DNA of 64,000 nt from Trichormus sp. ATA11-4-KO1. GTDB lineage: Bacteria; Cyanobacteriota; Cyanobacteriia; Cyanobacteriales; Nostocaceae. Under the pieces are notes generated by a model. It had not been told where the DNA came from. It did not search any database and saw nothing but the letters and a program-made list of their open reading frames with translations. How positions within the stretch are numbered: the stretch's first letter is position 1; every line of letters starts with the position of its first letter. Both the position numbers and the translations under genes were made by a program. The stretch lies in NCBI GenBank assembly GCA_019358915.1, contig JAHHIM010000036.1:1-64000 (forward strand), in the 5' to 3' direction. Of this stretch, positions 11,601 through 22,817 are shown piece after piece.

Positions 11601-14463
11601 CCAGATGATTGCCAACCTCCGGGAGACGACGCAGAAAAACACTGAACAAGACTGGTTAAAAACTAACCTAGCCAAGTTTACTCGGATGCTGCAAGGTCAG
11701 CGAGACTTGGAAACCGTATCCAAACTAATTCTTTCAGAACTGGCACCTCTGGTGCGAGCGCAACATGGCGTATTCTACTTGATGAACACTGAGGAAAATT
11801 CAGTGTATCTCAAATTGCTGAGTAGCTACGCTTACCGGGAACGTAAGCATTTAGCTAACCGCTTTTACTTGGGTGAAGGTCTGGTAGGACAATGCGCCCT
11901 GGAAAAAGAACGAATTCTCCTCACGGAAGTGCCAGGTGACTATATCAAAATCTCCTCTGGTTTAGGAGAAGCGACCCCACTCAATGCTGTAGTTTTCCCT
12001 GTACTATTTGAAGGACAGGTGACCGCAGTCATTGAATTAGCTTCTTTCCGCCGCTTTAGCGAGATTCATCTGACATTCTTCGATCAACTCACCGAAAGTA
12101 TTGCGATCGTCCTGAACACGATCGCCGCTTCGATGCGGACTGAAGAATTACTCAAGCAGTCCCAGTCTTTGGCTGAGGAACTACAAACCCAGCAAAACGA
12201 ACTCCGCGAAACCAACCAGCGCTTAGAACAACAAGCTCAATCACTTAAAACATCTGAAGATTTACTCAAAGGACAACAACAAGAGTTACAACTAACCAAC
12301 GCTCAATTAGAAGAAAAAGCAGAGTTGTTAGCTCTGCAAAATCAAGAAGTTGAACGCAAAAACCGAGAAATTGAACAGGCCAGACAGGCTTTGGAAGATA
12401 AGGCGGAGCAACTAGCACTCTCGTCAAAATACAAGTCTGAGTTTCTCGCTAATATGTCCCATGAACTGCGGACACCTCTGAACAGCTTGTTAATTTTGGC
12501 TAGGCTGTTAGCAGATAACATCGATGGTAATCTCACCGCCAAACAAGTTGAATATAGCCGGACAATTTACTCAGCAGGTACCGACCTTTTGGCGCTGATC
12601 AATGACATTCTCGATCTTGCCAAGATTGAATCTGGAACTATGGCAATTAACATGGCCCAGATGCAGTTGATCGAGTTAAGCGACCATATTGAGCGCACCT
12701 TTCGCCAAATAGCTCAGAACAAAGACCTGGCCTTTACAATTGAATTGGCTTCTGAATTACCAGAAAGCATCTATACCGATGCGAAACGCTTACAACAAGT
12801 ACTCAAAAATCTCCTCTCCAATGCTTTTAAATTTACAGAGCGTGGGGAGGTACGTTTGCGGATTGAAGTGGCACAGCAGGGATGGAGCCTGAATCAGGAA
12901 ACCTTAAACCGCTCCCATATGGTAATTGCCTTCTCCGTCAGCGATACGGGTATCGGTATTGCCCCGGATAAACAGAAGGTGATTTTTGAGGCATTTCAAC
13001 AAGCCGATGGCACTACTAGTCGGAGGTACGGCGGTACTGGATTGGGCTTGTCCATTAGCCGCGAAATAGCCCGCCTCTTTGGCGGAGAAATTAAACTTGT
13101 CAGTTGCCCCGACCAAGGTAGCACGTTTACGTTCTACTTGCCGCAATTCAGTTCTGAAGTACAAGTGATGAATGCTGAACTTAACTACGCTCATAGCATT
13201 CAGCGAGAAGTTGATCGCAGGGTTGCCCTGCGATCCAACTTCAGCGACTCAGCATTGCTCAGTGACGATCGCACTGCTCTGGAAAATGGCGATCACGTGC
13301 TACTGATTGTAGAAGATGATATTCATTTTGCACGTATCCTGCTAGATATAGCGCGGCAGCAAGGATTCAAGGTCATAGTTGCCCAAAACGGCAGTGCAGG
13401 TTTAGCGCTAGCACAACAATTCCAACCTTCAGCCATTTTACTCGATATCCGGTTGCCAGAAATGGATGGTTGGACGGTGTTGGATCGCTTGAAGCATGAC
13501 CCCAACACGCGTCATATTCCCGTACATATCATGACAGTAGAAGAAGGGCGACAACGCAGTTTGCAACTAGGCGCGATCGCTTATGTGCAAAAGCCGGTAA
13601 CCAAAGAAACAGTATGCGAGGCATTAACCAAAATTAAAGGTTTTGTTGAGCGTCGGGTCAGGGATTTGCTGGTAGTGGAAGACAACGTGATCCAACAGCG
13701 TAGCATTGTCGATCTGATTGGCAACGGCGATGTCAATATTACTGCTGTTGACACTGGTGCAACAGCACTAGCAGCCATTCGCGCTCAAGTTTTTGATTGC
13801 CTTGTTCTCGATTTAGGGCTACCGGATATGACTGGGTTTGAATTGATCGAACAAATCAAACAAGAACCTAATGGTGAAGCTTTGCCCATTATTATTTACA
13901 CCAGTCGGGAAATTTCCCCAGCCCAAGAAACTGAACTGAAGCGGATAGCAGAGACAATCATTATCAAAGACGTGCGATCGCCTGAACGTCTCCTCGATGA
14001 AACAGCATTAGTCCTGCACCGAGTTCAGGCAAATTTACCGGAAGCCCAACGTCAACTGCTAGAACAACTGCATTTAAGAGACTACTTGCTTGCTGGTAAG
14101 AAAGTGCTCATCGTAGACGATGATATACGTAACATATTCGCGCTTACTAGTATGCTGGAGCGCTATCAAATGCAGGTTTTATATGCTGAAAATGGCAGAG
14201 AAGGGATTAGCGTATTAGAAAATGTACATGACATTGATGTTGTTTTGATGGACGTAATGATGCCAGAAATGGATGGTTACGAAACAACAGGCCTAATCCG
14301 TCAGAACGAACAATTTAAATCTTTGGTAATAATTGCACTTACCGCTAAAGCTATGCAAGGCGATCGCGAGAAGTGTATTGCCGCCGGTGCATCAGATTAC
14401 ATCACCAAACCCGTAAATCTTGAAGAGTTACTTTCACTCTTGCGCGTTTGGCTATATCGATGA
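8677..14463 (+). CDS. Poly-HAMP hybrid sensor histidine kinase (HAMP array-GAF-HisKA-HATPase-3xREC)
   Basis: 92-aa tandem HAMP units, GAF, H-box [12 protein letters not shown] boxes ([23 protein letters not shown]) and three receiver domains. Confidence 0.95.
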   Translation: MATEQLTRDSDNLDLKQLLTTLNAVKQGNFSVRMPIDQTGMAGKIADTLNDIIDQNERMATELQRIGNVVGKEGKIAERASLGHVRGSWSDCVNSVNTLITDLVQPTAETTRVIRSVANGDLSQTIAIEIDGKLLQGEFLQTANIVNTMVDRLGSFASEVTRVAREVGTEGKLGVQAEVKGVAGTWKDLTDNVNLMAGNLTGQVRNIAEVATAIANGDLSKKITVDVKGEILELKNTVNTMVDQLNSFASEVTRVAREVGTEGKLGVQAEVKGVAGTWKDLTDNVNLMAGNLTAQVRNIAEVTTAVANGDLSKKITVNVKGEILELKNTVNIMVDQLNSFASEVTRVAREVGAEGKLGGQAQVRGVAGTWKDLTDSVNFMAGSLTAQVRNIAEVTTAVANGDLSKKITVDVKGEILELKNTINTMVDQLNSFASEVTRVAREVGTEGKLGVQAEVGGVAGTWKDLTDNVNLMAGNLTGQVRNIAEVATAIANGDLSKKITVDVKGEIFELKNTINIMVDQLSSFASEVTRVAREVGSEGKLGVQADVRGVAGTWKDLTDSVNFMAGSLTAQVRNIAEVTTAVATGDLSKKITVDVKGEILELKNTVNTMVDQLNSFASEVTRVAREVGTEGKLGVQAEVKGVAGTWKDLTDSVNFMAGSLTAQVRNIAEVTTAVANGDLSKKITVDVKGEILELKNTINTMVDQLNSFASEVTRVAREVGTEGKLGVQAYVRGVAGTWKDLTDNVNSMAGNLTAQVRNIAEVTKAVASGDLSKKITVDVKGEILDLKNTINTMVDQLSSFASEVTRVAREVGTEGKLGGQAQVQGVAGTWKDLTDNVNSMAGNLTAQVRGIARVVTAVANGDLKQKLMLDAKGEIETLAETINEMIDTLATFANQVTTVAREVGIEGKLGGQARVPGASGTWRDLTDNVNELAATLTTQLRAIAEVATAVTKGDLTRSIAVEALGEVAILKDNINQMIANLRETTQKNTEQDWLKTNLAKFTRMLQGQRDLETVSKLILSELAPLVRAQHGVFYLMNTEENSVYLKLLSSYAYRERKHLANRFYLGEGLVGQCALEKERILLTEVPGDYIKISSGLGEATPLNAVVFPVLFEGQVTAVIELASFRRFSEIHLTFFDQLTESIAIVLNTIAASMRTEELLKQSQSLAEELQTQQNELRETNQRLEQQAQSLKTSEDLLKGQQQELQLTNAQLEEKAELLALQNQEVERKNREIEQARQALEDKAEQLALSSKYKSEFLANMSHELRTPLNSLLILARLLADNIDGNLTAKQVEYSRTIYSAGTDLLALINDILDLAKIESGTMAINMAQMQLIELSDHIERTFRQIAQNKDLAFTIELASELPESIYTDAKRLQQVLKNLLSNAFKFTERGEVRLRIEVAQQGWSLNQETLNRSHMVIAFSVSDTGIGIAPDKQKVIFEAFQQADGTTSRRYGGTGLGLSISREIARLFGGEIKLVSCPDQGSTFTFYLPQFSSEVQVMNAELNYAHSIQREVDRRVALRSNFSDSALLSDDRTALENGDHVLLIVEDDIHFARILLDIARQQGFKVIVAQNGSAGLALAQQFQPSAILLDIRLPEMDGWTVLDRLKHDPNTRHIPVHIMTVEEGRQRSLQLGAIAYVQKPVTKETVCEALTKIKGFVERRVRDLLVVEDNVIQQRSIVDLIGNGDVNITAVDTGATALAAIRAQVFDCLVLDLGLPDMTGFELIEQIKQEPNGEALPIIIYTSREISPAQETELKRIAETIIIKDVRSPERLLDETALVLHRVQANLPEAQRQLLEQLHLRDYLLAGKKVLIVDDDIRNIFALTSMLERYQMQVLYAENGREGISVLENVHDIDVVLMDVMMPEMDGYETTGLIRQNEQFKSLVIIALTAKAMQGDREKCIAAGASDYITKPVNLEELLSLLRVWLYR
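9121..11328 (+). repeat. Eight near-identical 276-bp coding repeats (poly-HAMP)
   Basis: The ATGGT(A/G)GATC unit recurs every 276 bp (9121, 9397 ... 10501 ... 11053). Confidence 0.9.
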
Positions 14464-14468
14464 ACTAA

Positions 14469-14499
14469 CCACCACCAACCATTGCAGAGATGGTGGTGG
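14469..14499 (+). terminator. Stem-loop after the kinase gene
   Basis: CCACCACCA..TGGTGGTGG inverted repeat. Confidence 0.55.
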
Positions 14500-14529
14500 A
14501 TTCCCGTTTCTAAGGTTAACAAAGTCAGA

Positions 14530-14658
14530 GGGAAGTTCCGATGAAACGAGTTTCACAGCCAAGTATGAAAGAGAGACTAGAAGCTAGAGACTAGAATTTT
14601 TACTCAGCACTCAGCACTCAGCACTCAGCACTCAGCACTCAGCACTTTCAAGTCAGAA
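14530..14658. repeat. Dispersed repeat containing STRR (ACTCAGC)6; inverted copy at ~20004-20153
   Basis: Six ACTCAGC units at 14602-14643. The 33-nt core at 14541-14573 is the exact reverse complement of 20111-20143. Confidence 0.85.
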
Positions 14659-14699
14659 GAAAGAAGGAAGAAGTAATGAAAATATACCTTCTTCCTTCT

Positions 14700-15326
14700 C
14701 TAATCAACGGCACAATTAACAATCAAGTATGTCAAAGCATCAATCAAGCGATCGCCATCCATGGGCATAATATCTTTACCGTGCATAATCTCCTGAGTCA
14801 TCACAAAATGCACTAACGAACCAATCAAAATTCTGGCTGTGGCCTCTGGGTCAGGTATCTTCAATTCAGGACGAGAAGCTAAATATTTACTAATAGTCTC
14901 AATTGCTGGTTTGGCAATGCTGTAAATAAACACCTGCGCCAACTCAGGAAACCGCGCCGACTCCCCCATTAACAGGCGCTCAAATGACTGATATTCCTGG
15001 TCATTGACCATTTGCTCCAAGGCTGTTGCTGCTAACCGTCGCAGTACGATATAAGGTTCACCCTTGAGGGGTTGTGTCCCCAAAATTGAGTGAAACCGCT
15101 TTCTTGCCAGTTTCTCTATCAGTGCCCTAAACAATCCTTCCTTATCTTGAAAGTGGCTATACACCGTTGCCTTAGAAACCCCCGCCGCTTCCGCCACCCG
15201 ATCCATACTAGTAGCAGCATAACCATGAGCCAAAAACTCCTGCATCGCCCCTTGCAGAATTTTTTCCACTTTATCTGCTGAACTTGAGCGGTCTATTTCT
15301 CCAGCTTTTGGGCGTGCCATTTTCAA
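14700..15326 (-). CDS. TetR/AcrR family transcriptional regulator
   Basis: HTH motif GYAATSMDRVAEAAGVSKATVYSHFQDKEGLF; divergent from the efflux operon. Confidence 0.95.
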   Translation of the reverse strand: MKMARPKAGEIDRSSSADKVEKILQGAMQEFLAHGYAATSMDRVAEAAGVSKATVYSHFQDKEGLFRALIEKLARKRFHSILGTQPLKGEPYIVLRRLAATALEQMVNDQEYQSFERLLMGESARFPELAQVFIYSIAKPAIETISKYLASRPELKIPDPEATARILIGSLVHFVMTQEIMHGKDIMPMDGDRLIDALTYLIVNCAVD

Positions 15327-15409
15327 ATCATCCTTATTTTGTCAACATTCTGCAAAGGTTTTGGGCATGGGGTAGATTCTCCCCCTACTCCCTATTTTTT
15401 GGCGATCGC

Positions 15410-15463
15410 TTGACTAAACTACTCGGTTTAGTATAATTCTATTATAGAACTATACAGTTTAGT
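15410..15463 (+). promoter_or_regulatory. Sigma70-type promoter overlapped by two TetR-type operators
   Basis: TTGACT (15410)-16 bp-TATAAT (15432). Palindrome ACTAAAC-N6-GTTTAGT at 15413-15432 and a second copy ATAGAAC-N6-GTTTAGT at 15444-15463. Confidence 0.7.
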
Positions 15464-15760
15464 TTTGTATACCACAGATCATTCTGTTGAGCATATAGGA
15501 GTAGCTGTAGCAATCACTTCAAAAATCAGGTAAAACCTTTTCCTGATAGTTACGTTTTTTCGCAACACAAACATTTAGGTAAAAAAAATCACGTTTTAAT
15601 ACCTACGGTAAGCAGCTACGCATCTACGCATTCAAGTCATTATTATGTCCAAAAATCCAGGACAGGATGAGATTTTTTTCCTCTGGTGAGTGATAAAAGA
15701 GAGTTAGGCGGGACATTTACCAAAATTTGATTTTTTTAATTTGAATCAGCGTATTTAGAA

Positions 15761-16987
15761 TTGCTTCAAAGGTATGCTATCGTGCAAAACTCAAAGCTAG
15801 ACAAATCCTTATCTCCTCAATCGATTTTACGTCCGCCCTTTTTTATAGCTATCATTGTATCTTTGACTGTCATTGGTAGTAGTGTTTATACGGTATTAAA
15901 ATTTCAGAATACAGCTAATCAAAGGGCACAAGCTCCAGCAGTACTACTGCCTGAACTAAAAACAGTAACAGCCCTAGGACGTATTGAGCCAAAGGGAAAA
16001 GTAATTAAACTCTCTGCTACCACGTCTACCGAAGGGAGTCGGGTAGAGGAACTTTTGGTGAGGGAGGGGGATAGAGTCAAAGCAGGGCAGGTGATAGCTA
16101 TTTTAGACAGCCGCGATCGCTTGGCAGCTTCATTAAAGGAAGCTCAGGAACAAGTGAAAGTGGAGCAAGCAAACCTGAACCGCATCAAAGCAGGCGCTCA
16201 ACGCGGAGCAATCTTAGCACAACAGGCAACAATTGCCCGCCTCGAAGCCGAAAGCCAAGGTGATATTGCAGCCCAAACAGCGACAATTGCCCGATTGCAA
16301 GCTGAAGTGCGTAACGCCGAAGCAGAAGATCAACGCTATCAAGCGCTGTATCAAGCAGGAGCCATATCTGCCTCCCAACGAGACAGCAAGCGCTTAACGC
16401 TGGAAACAGCCCAAAAAAACCTGCAAGAAGCACAAGCACAGTTATATCGCACCCAGTCAACCAGCCAGCAACAAATCAAAGAAGCCACAGCCACACTAGA
16501 TCGAATTGCCGAAGTGCCGGAAGTTGATGTCAAAGCTGCCGAAGCAGAAGTCAATCGTGCCATAGCAGCTATGAAACGGACACAAGTAACTTTGCAACAA
16601 GCTTATGTGCGATCGCCTCAAGATGGTCAAGTATTTGAAATTCACACCCGCCCAGGTGAATTAATCTCCAATGATGGCATTGCTGATATTGGGCAAACCA
16701 ATGAAATGTACGTAATTGCCGAAGTCTACGAAAGCGATATTGGCAAAGTGCATCCAGGACAGAAAGTGCAGGTATTTGGAGATTTCCTCCCGATTGAATT
16801 ACAGGGCATAGTAAATCGCAAGGGCTTACAAGTGCGTCGCCAGAATGTGATTAACACAGACCCTGCTAGCAATATTGACAACAGAGTAGTAGAAGTTTTC
16901 ATCCGACTAGATGATGCTTCCAGTCAGAAAGCTGCCAACTTAACCAACATGCAAGTCAAGGTGGTTATTGAACTTCATAATTCGTAA
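15761..16987 (+). CDS. devB: DevB-family ABC exporter membrane fusion protein (likely start GTG 15782)
   Basis: VTALGRIEP, coiled coil, VIAEVYESDI and DNRVVEV motifs; a paralogue of devB. Confidence 0.9.
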   Translation: MLQRYAIVQNSKLDKSLSPQSILRPPFFIAIIVSLTVIGSSVYTVLKFQNTANQRAQAPAVLLPELKTVTALGRIEPKGKVIKLSATTSTEGSRVEELLVREGDRVKAGQVIAILDSRDRLAASLKEAQEQVKVEQANLNRIKAGAQRGAILAQQATIARLEAESQGDIAAQTATIARLQAEVRNAEAEDQRYQALYQAGAISASQRDSKRLTLETAQKNLQEAQAQLYRTQSTSQQQIKEATATLDRIAEVPEVDVKAAEAEVNRAIAAMKRTQVTLQQAYVRSPQDGQVFEIHTRPGELISNDGIADIGQTNEMYVIAEVYESDIGKVHPGQKVQVFGDFLPIELQGIVNRKGLQVRRQNVINTDPASNIDNRVVEVFIRLDDASSQKAANLTNMQVKVVIELHNS

Positions 16988-17055
16988 TTCGTAATTCGTA
17001 ATTACTTAGTGCATCAAATCCCCCTCATCTCCCCCACTCAGCACTCAGCACTCTT

Positions 17056-18231
17056 ATGATGGGACTAATCAAACAACTGCGGCGGCGAACACCTCTAGGA
17101 TGGCTACAACTGAGTCATGAAAAAAGTCGTTTGTTGGTAGCATTGTCAGGCATTGCCTTTGCGGATGTTTTGATGTTTATGCAGATGGGCTTTCAGACGG
17201 CGCTATACGACAGCAATACTAGATTGCATCGCAGTTTGCAAGCAGACATTGTTTTAACCAGTCCTCAAGCCCGTAGCCTCCAAAATATGCCACCGTTTTC
17301 GCGTCGGCGACTTTACCAGGCCATGGATATCCCAGGGGTAGATTCAGCAGAGGCAATGTATGTTAACAACATCATTTGGAAAAATCCCCAAACACGCCGC
17401 CAAACATCGGTGCAAGTTATCGGCTTCAATCCAGACAAGCCAGCTTTTGATTTACCGGATGTGAATCAGCAGTTACAGTCGATTAAGCTACCAGATACTG
17501 TCCTTTTCGACCGTAGTGCCAGAGGCGATTACCAAAAGGCGATCGCCCAAATTGACCAAGGTCAACACCTAACTACCGAAATCGAAGGACGCACAATTAC
17601 CATTAGTGGTTTATTCACTGTCGGTGCTTCATTTGGTTCTGATGGTAGCTTGATGACCAGCGATCAGAACTTTTTACGGCTATTTTCCAATCGCCCGTCC
17701 AGCAGTATTAGCCTAGGTTTGATTAAGGTAAAACCAGGTTATGACCCGAAAAATGTGGCAACAGCCTTGCAAGCCTACCTGCGAGATGATGTCAACGTCA
17801 TGACTAACGCCGAATTTATTGAATTTGAGAATGATTTTTGGCGAACAAACTCCCCAATAGGGTTTATTTTCAGCCTAGGTGTATCGATGGGGTTTGCAGT
17901 GGGAGTGATTCTTGTCTATCAAGTTCTTTCCACTGATGTCAATGCCCACGTGAGAGAATACGCCACCTTCAAAGCATTGGGATATCGCAATTACTACCTG
18001 TTAAGTGTGGTATTTGAAGAAGCATTAATTTTAGCCGCACTGGGTTTTATTCCGGGCGTAGCAGTATCCTTGGGACTGTATCAAATGACTCGCACTGCCA
18101 CAAATCTGCCGATGTATATGACGGCGATTCGGGGGTTACAGGTACTAGTACTGACCATCATCATGTGTTCCATTTCCGGGGCGATCGCTACTCGCAAACT
18201 TCGCTCTGCTGACCCTGCTGATATGTTCTAA
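17056..18231 (+). CDS. devC: DevC-family ABC transporter permease
   Basis: RTPLGWLQL..GIAFADVLMFMQ; ends ADPADMF. Confidence 0.93.
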   Translation: MMGLIKQLRRRTPLGWLQLSHEKSRLLVALSGIAFADVLMFMQMGFQTALYDSNTRLHRSLQADIVLTSPQARSLQNMPPFSRRRLYQAMDIPGVDSAEAMYVNNIIWKNPQTRRQTSVQVIGFNPDKPAFDLPDVNQQLQSIKLPDTVLFDRSARGDYQKAIAQIDQGQHLTTEIEGRTITISGLFTVGASFGSDGSLMTSDQNFLRLFSNRPSSSISLGLIKVKPGYDPKNVATALQAYLRDDVNVMTNAEFIEFENDFWRTNSPIGFIFSLGVSMGFAVGVILVYQVLSTDVNAHVREYATFKALGYRNYYLLSVVFEEALILAALGFIPGVAVSLGLYQMTRTATNLPMYMTAIRGLQVLVLTIIMCSISGAIATRKLRSADPADMF

Positions 18232-18289
18232 AACACGAGGAATTGCGAAGTACCAATTTTCAATCCAAAATATAAAATCTCAAATTGCT

Positions 18290-18988
18290 ATGGTGTCAGT
18301 AATTTCTATCTATAATCTTGACCACTACTTTGGTCAAGGTTCACTGCGGAAGCAAGTTCTGTTTAATATCAATCTGGAAATTAAGTCTGGCGAAATTATT
18401 ATTTTGACCGGCCCCTCTGGTTCTGGTAAAACTACCTTACTCACCTTGGTTGGTGCTTTGCGTTCTCCCCAGTCTGGTAGTTTGCAGGTTTTGGAAAGAG
18501 AACTTTGCGGCGCTAGTACTGAACAACTGGTACAGGCGCGACAGCGTAACGGTTATATTTTCCAAGCACATAATCTGCATGGTAGTTTGACAGCACTCCA
18601 AAACGTGAGAATGGGTTTGGAACTACACAAGCACATTGGACTACGAGAGATGCAAGCCCGCTCGGCATTGATGCTAGAGCAAGTAGGATTAGGTAATCAC
18701 CTGCATTATTATCCTGACAAATTGTCAGGAGGGCAAAAACAACGAGTAGCGATCGCTCGCGCTTTGGTTAGTCATCCCCCAATTGTTTTAGCAGATGAAC
18801 CTACTGCTGCCCTTGACAGTCAGTCAGGTCGAGATGTGGTCAACCTCATGCAAAAACTTGCTAAAGAACAAGGTTGTACAATTCTCATGGTTACTCATGA
18901 CAATCGCATTTTAGATATTGCCGATCGTATTGTTCATATGGAAGATGGCAAGCTAGTCAATGCTTCTCCAATCAAAGTAAAATGCTGA
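18290..18988 (+). CDS. devA: DevA-family ABC transporter ATP-binding protein
   Basis: GPSGSGKT, LSGGQKQRVAIARAL and ADEPTAALD motifs. Confidence 0.93.
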   Translation: MVSVISIYNLDHYFGQGSLRKQVLFNINLEIKSGEIIILTGPSGSGKTTLLTLVGALRSPQSGSLQVLERELCGASTEQLVQARQRNGYIFQAHNLHGSLTALQNVRMGLELHKHIGLREMQARSALMLEQVGLGNHLHYYPDKLSGGQKQRVAIARALVSHPPIVLADEPTAALDSQSGRDVVNLMQKLAKEQGCTILMVTHDNRILDIADRIVHMEDGKLVNASPIKVKC

Positions 18989-19282
18989 AAAGTAATACTG
19001 GAAGCTCAATGCGGTAGTCGGGGCATAAGAGATTGCATTGGGATAACGGGCTTGCCACTCGGCTTGACCGAGATCATGTCCAGAATGTGGGGCAATCAGC
19101 GCCTTTACATGTCCCTTTGCGTCTATTTCGGCAAAATTCGTTTCAGACAGCCCGATGGGTGGACTGACAATCACTAAATCATTCTCATCCAGCAGAGTGG
19201 CGATCACATTGGCTTTATACCCATTGGCAACATACTCATAGATCCATACGTTGCCGTCTTCAATGACTTCCTGCCAAGCCAT
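18953..19282 (-). pseudogene. 3'-truncated gene fragment, DUF4336/metallo-beta-lactamase-like N-terminus
   Basis: GGGAG RBS and a LVIVSPP..VKALIAPHSGHDL..WQARYP motif. Protein-like sequence ends near 19005 and the frame runs into the devA 3' end. Confidence 0.55.
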
Positions 19283-19324
19283 GATTCTCCCTTGTTAGCC
19301 CGAACCACCAACTTCACCTGGAAA

Positions 19325-19537
19325 TCATTGAAATTCCGGGTTAAGCGCCTGAAATTCATTTGATGTGAGCGACACCATCATATTTTCAGATTCTATTTGG
19401 ATGATCCAACGCTTGCTAGTTTGACTGCCTGAGTTTGATTCTATACCACAAACTACACCAACTTTTCCAGCTACATATGCTGGAGATAGAATCAAAACTC
19501 TGTCCCCTACTTGAGTACTTTTTGAGGTATGCAACAT
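19325..19537 (-). CDS. Small hypothetical protein (KOW/SH3-like pattern)
   Basis: GGAGGG RBS; VGDRVLILSP..AGKVGVV resembles a KOW motif. Confidence 0.6.
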   Translation of the reverse strand: MLHTSKSTQVGDRVLILSPAYVAGKVGVVCGIESNSGSQTSKRWIIQIESENMMVSLTSNEFQALNPEFQ

Positions 19538-19936
19538 CCCTCCTACAAATTTTGGGTCTTAAGAATCAAAATATGACGCAGAGCCGACAATTAGTTTTTT
19601 TATTTTAACTAAGTTTTTGTACTATATAACCTTACCTTAACTAAAAACGGCGTATAGAATGCATTATCTCAAATCCGGTTGATTAGTCTATGATTACGGG
19701 TATCCGTGCAAACATCTGGAGATCCTCTTTGTCCTTTCTCCTTTACGGTTTTCACGTAACACATCATTCCCCACCTTCAGCCAAAGGCATTTTGGGAATA
19801 AGAAGCGGGAAAAACCGAAATTTTTCTCAGAGGATGTTTATAAAGTATCCATTCATACTTGAACCAGGCAAGATTATCTCTCACCCAAAACGCAAAAAAG
19901 CCCTTGGCTTGTCGCCTCGGACTTTTGACTTATCAG

Positions 19937-20250
19937 TAGACTTCTTGCAAAAGTGCTAATTTCATGTGAGTTCGACAAATATCAAAAACCCCGTTTCCAT
20001 TCCTCTGACTTGAAAGTGCTGAGTGCTAAGTGCTGAGTGCTGAGTAAAAATCCCAGTCCCCATTGCCCCTTATCCCCAGAGGGGGCACCGAGTTCCCCAG
20101 TCCCTAGTCCCTCTTTCATACTTGGCTGTGAAACTCGTTTCATTGGGACTCCCCTGCAAGGAGGAGCCACTGCGTGTTAGCGTTCGCGGAGCGTGGCTTC
20201 AGCCATAGCGGGGTGTAGCCCGGCAAATAAATATTGATGCAAGAAGTCTA
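19937..20250. mobile_element. Composite MITE-like element with 13-bp TIRs containing nested repeats
   Basis: TAGACTTCTTGCA (19937-19949) and TGCAAGAAGTCTA (20238-20250). The interior holds STRR, small dispersed repeats and an end fragment of the 34100 MITE family. Confidence 0.6.
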
Positions 20251-20256
20251 GTGATT

Positions 20257-22356
20257 TCAAAAAACTTGACGTGCTTCTAAATGGTCGAGAATATCTGCAC
20301 GTTTAAGCCAGGCTGGACGCAACTTTTGATGAGCAAACATCTGCAACTGGTCACCAATATGGGGTGAACCTGGTTGAGTAGCATTGCCATAACTATTGAG
20401 TACCATTGCTCGTACTGGTTGAGAAAATTCCACCGCCGCCACAAAAGAATCTCCACCAACTGACTTAAAAGTTCCATTTGATTGACGTCTAAACCAGACG
20501 TTACGGAATATACCGAGAGGATCTGCGCCACCATTGGCTGGTAAACTGGTATCACGATAATTTAGCTGAAACACCTCTCCCCAAGCCACATCTAGCTTGC
20601 CATAGGTCTTTTGTACCTGAGTGGCTGCTACTTCTAATTGGGTAAGTGCTGCTTGAGGATTAGCTAAACCATCAGGTGTAGTAAGTGGTTTGTTTGCACT
20701 CCAAGGGATACTAAAAGCTGTGTCTAAATCTATTTGATCTACCCAAGTAGTAAATAATACTGCACCCTTACTATTGGCATTGGTTTTCTGATCCCAAGCT
20801 GACAAAACATTAGCGGCATTTTTTGCTAATTCACTTCCCTGTGCTTGTGCGGCGGAAATTAAATCATCCAAGATACGGTCTGCTAGTTCCATACGGGTTG
20901 AGTGTTTATATGCCACCATTTCATCAAACGTGATTTTGTCATCCTCAAACAACATTCTGGCAGAACGCTGTGCCCGAAAATCCATCACTCGTGGTGCCAT
21001 GTAGGACGGGTATTTATCTGCTTTGATAGCTGTGGGGAATGTAGTTGTCCAAGGTGGGTCATTAGCGTTTTGTAACCAGCCACTTTTGGGGTCAACAATG
21101 CGGGGTAAGTCGCGGTAAGGATGAAATTTTGTCCATAAGGTATCAGAGGTATTACCTGGGATAATATTTTGCCAGTATTGAAAATCACCTTTTTTCCTGA
21201 TGGGAACTTGACCGTTGAACAGGTGCATAATATGCCCGTCTTTATCTGCATAGATGACAGTAAACATGGGCAATTGCAAGCTTTTAAGTGCAGCTTCAAA
21301 CTGTGAAAGGTTTTTCGCCCGCGCCATATCCCACCACTGTTCCAGTACCTTTGGTTCGTCCAGACCAACTACCCGCAGGGCTACGGCTTGATTGCTCGTT
21401 TCCGATATTACAGGCCCGTGAACAGAATGTTTGACGATTAAGGGTTCTGTTTTAAAAGTGCCGTTTTGTTGTTTGACTTTTAATGAAAGAGTTTTGATCT
21501 CAAACGGTTGGACTTTACCATCGAAGCGATAACCATTGTCAACTAACTCCAGGTTGTAAGCATCCCAACCGTCATGAGTGTTGACGGTATGAGTCCAGCC
21601 TAAATGATCATTGAAGGCGATCGCTAACACGGGAATGCCCACAAGTGTCGCTCCATAAGCATGAAAGCCGGGAGCGGTGATTTGTGCTTCGTACCAGAGG
21701 AATAAATCAGACCAAGGTAAGTGAGGGTTAGCTAGCAGCATAGCCTTACCACTTGCAGAACGTGCAGGTGCGATCGCCCAACCATTAGATCCTGCTTTTG
21801 CATCCTGCTGGCTAATCCCTGCAACTGATCCTGGGTTGACCACAAAAGTGAAATGCAAAACTCGATGCAGGTGAGCTAGTACATCTTCTCCCTTGACTGG
21901 TAAGACTACCTCTACTTCATCATCAATCAGATCTCCATGCTCCTGAGCGTAAGCGTTGATTCCCGCCGCAAAAGCATCCAGATAATTGCGAAAAGCTGGA
22001 CTTTGTTGTTTGTACCAAGAACGAGCGCGATCGGGCACACCCATTGTTAGTACCCATTGATCGGATTCTAGATACTTCTCTCCCCAATATTCAGCCGCCT
22101 GTCCTCGTGCTTGACCATAAAGACGTAACAGGAGATTACCGTGACTTTGCATTTGCGCCCAACCAAATGCTTGAAATGCACTTTGGGCATCTTTCCCATA
22201 AATGTGGGGAACGCCATAGGTATCCCAAAGGATTTCAGTAGATGCTGCTGATATGACTCCACTATGGCTGACCAAAAACACAGCAAATATCAAACTAACA
22301 ATGAATGGCAAAACTCGAAATGCTTGTCTTTGAAAGACTCTCAACAAATAATCCAT
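20257..22356 (-). CDS. Penicillin/cephalosporin/AHL acylase family Ntn-hydrolase (peptidase S45)
   Basis: Signal peptide, [10 protein letters not shown], beta-subunit start [15 protein letters not shown] and QNANDPPW motifs. Confidence 0.92.
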   Translation of the reverse strand: MDYLLRVFQRQAFRVLPFIVSLIFAVFLVSHSGVISAASTEILWDTYGVPHIYGKDAQSAFQAFGWAQMQSHGNLLLRLYGQARGQAAEYWGEKYLESDQWVLTMGVPDRARSWYKQQSPAFRNYLDAFAAGINAYAQEHGDLIDDEVEVVLPVKGEDVLAHLHRVLHFTFVVNPGSVAGISQQDAKAGSNGWAIAPARSASGKAMLLANPHLPWSDLFLWYEAQITAPGFHAYGATLVGIPVLAIAFNDHLGWTHTVNTHDGWDAYNLELVDNGYRFDGKVQPFEIKTLSLKVKQQNGTFKTEPLIVKHSVHGPVISETSNQAVALRVVGLDEPKVLEQWWDMARAKNLSQFEAALKSLQLPMFTVIYADKDGHIMHLFNGQVPIRKKGDFQYWQNIIPGNTSDTLWTKFHPYRDLPRIVDPKSGWLQNANDPPWTTTFPTAIKADKYPSYMAPRVMDFRAQRSARMLFEDDKITFDEMVAYKHSTRMELADRILDDLISAAQAQGSELAKNAANVLSAWDQKTNANSKGAVLFTTWVDQIDLDTAFSIPWSANKPLTTPDGLANPQAALTQLEVAATQVQKTYGKLDVAWGEVFQLNYRDTSLPANGGADPLGIFRNVWFRRQSNGTFKSVGGDSFVAAVEFSQPVRAMVLNSYGNATQPGSPHIGDQLQMFAHQKLRPAWLKRADILDHLEARQVF

Positions 22357-22817
22357 ACTTCAAATTCTGAATTGATAATTTAGCAGCACACTTGAAAAAA
22401 GCACCTTTAGCGAAAGTTTCAATTTATTGATAATTAATTTCATGAAAAAGAACTTACGTTAATTGTTTTTATTCCCTGACTTTTGACTAGGGTTGTCAGC
22501 AAAAAGACTAGAAAGTTAAAATTTCATTTCACTCTTCATACCTGCAAGCCCTAGAATGCACTAAATTTTTTAGGAGTTTAATAAAAACTATTTTCATTAC
22601 GGAGCTTAAATTAAACTATTCTTATCTATAAAGTCAAGTGAGAAAGAATATCGGAACTTTTGATAATCTTTATGAACTTTTACGAAGCTTTAAAAGTAAA
22701 TATTATCCGAAGACCACAGGAAAGCCTGTTCCTGAAAGGCAGCAGGGAGAACGAGTTTGCGACAAGTCCATCTGAATTAATGCCTGTAATTTAAACCCCT
22801 GCCAGAGTATTATTGTT

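Noticed and set aside
19690..20170. ORFs 19690-19959 and 19982-20170
   Set aside because: They run through repeat/MITE mosaics and have no protein-family features.
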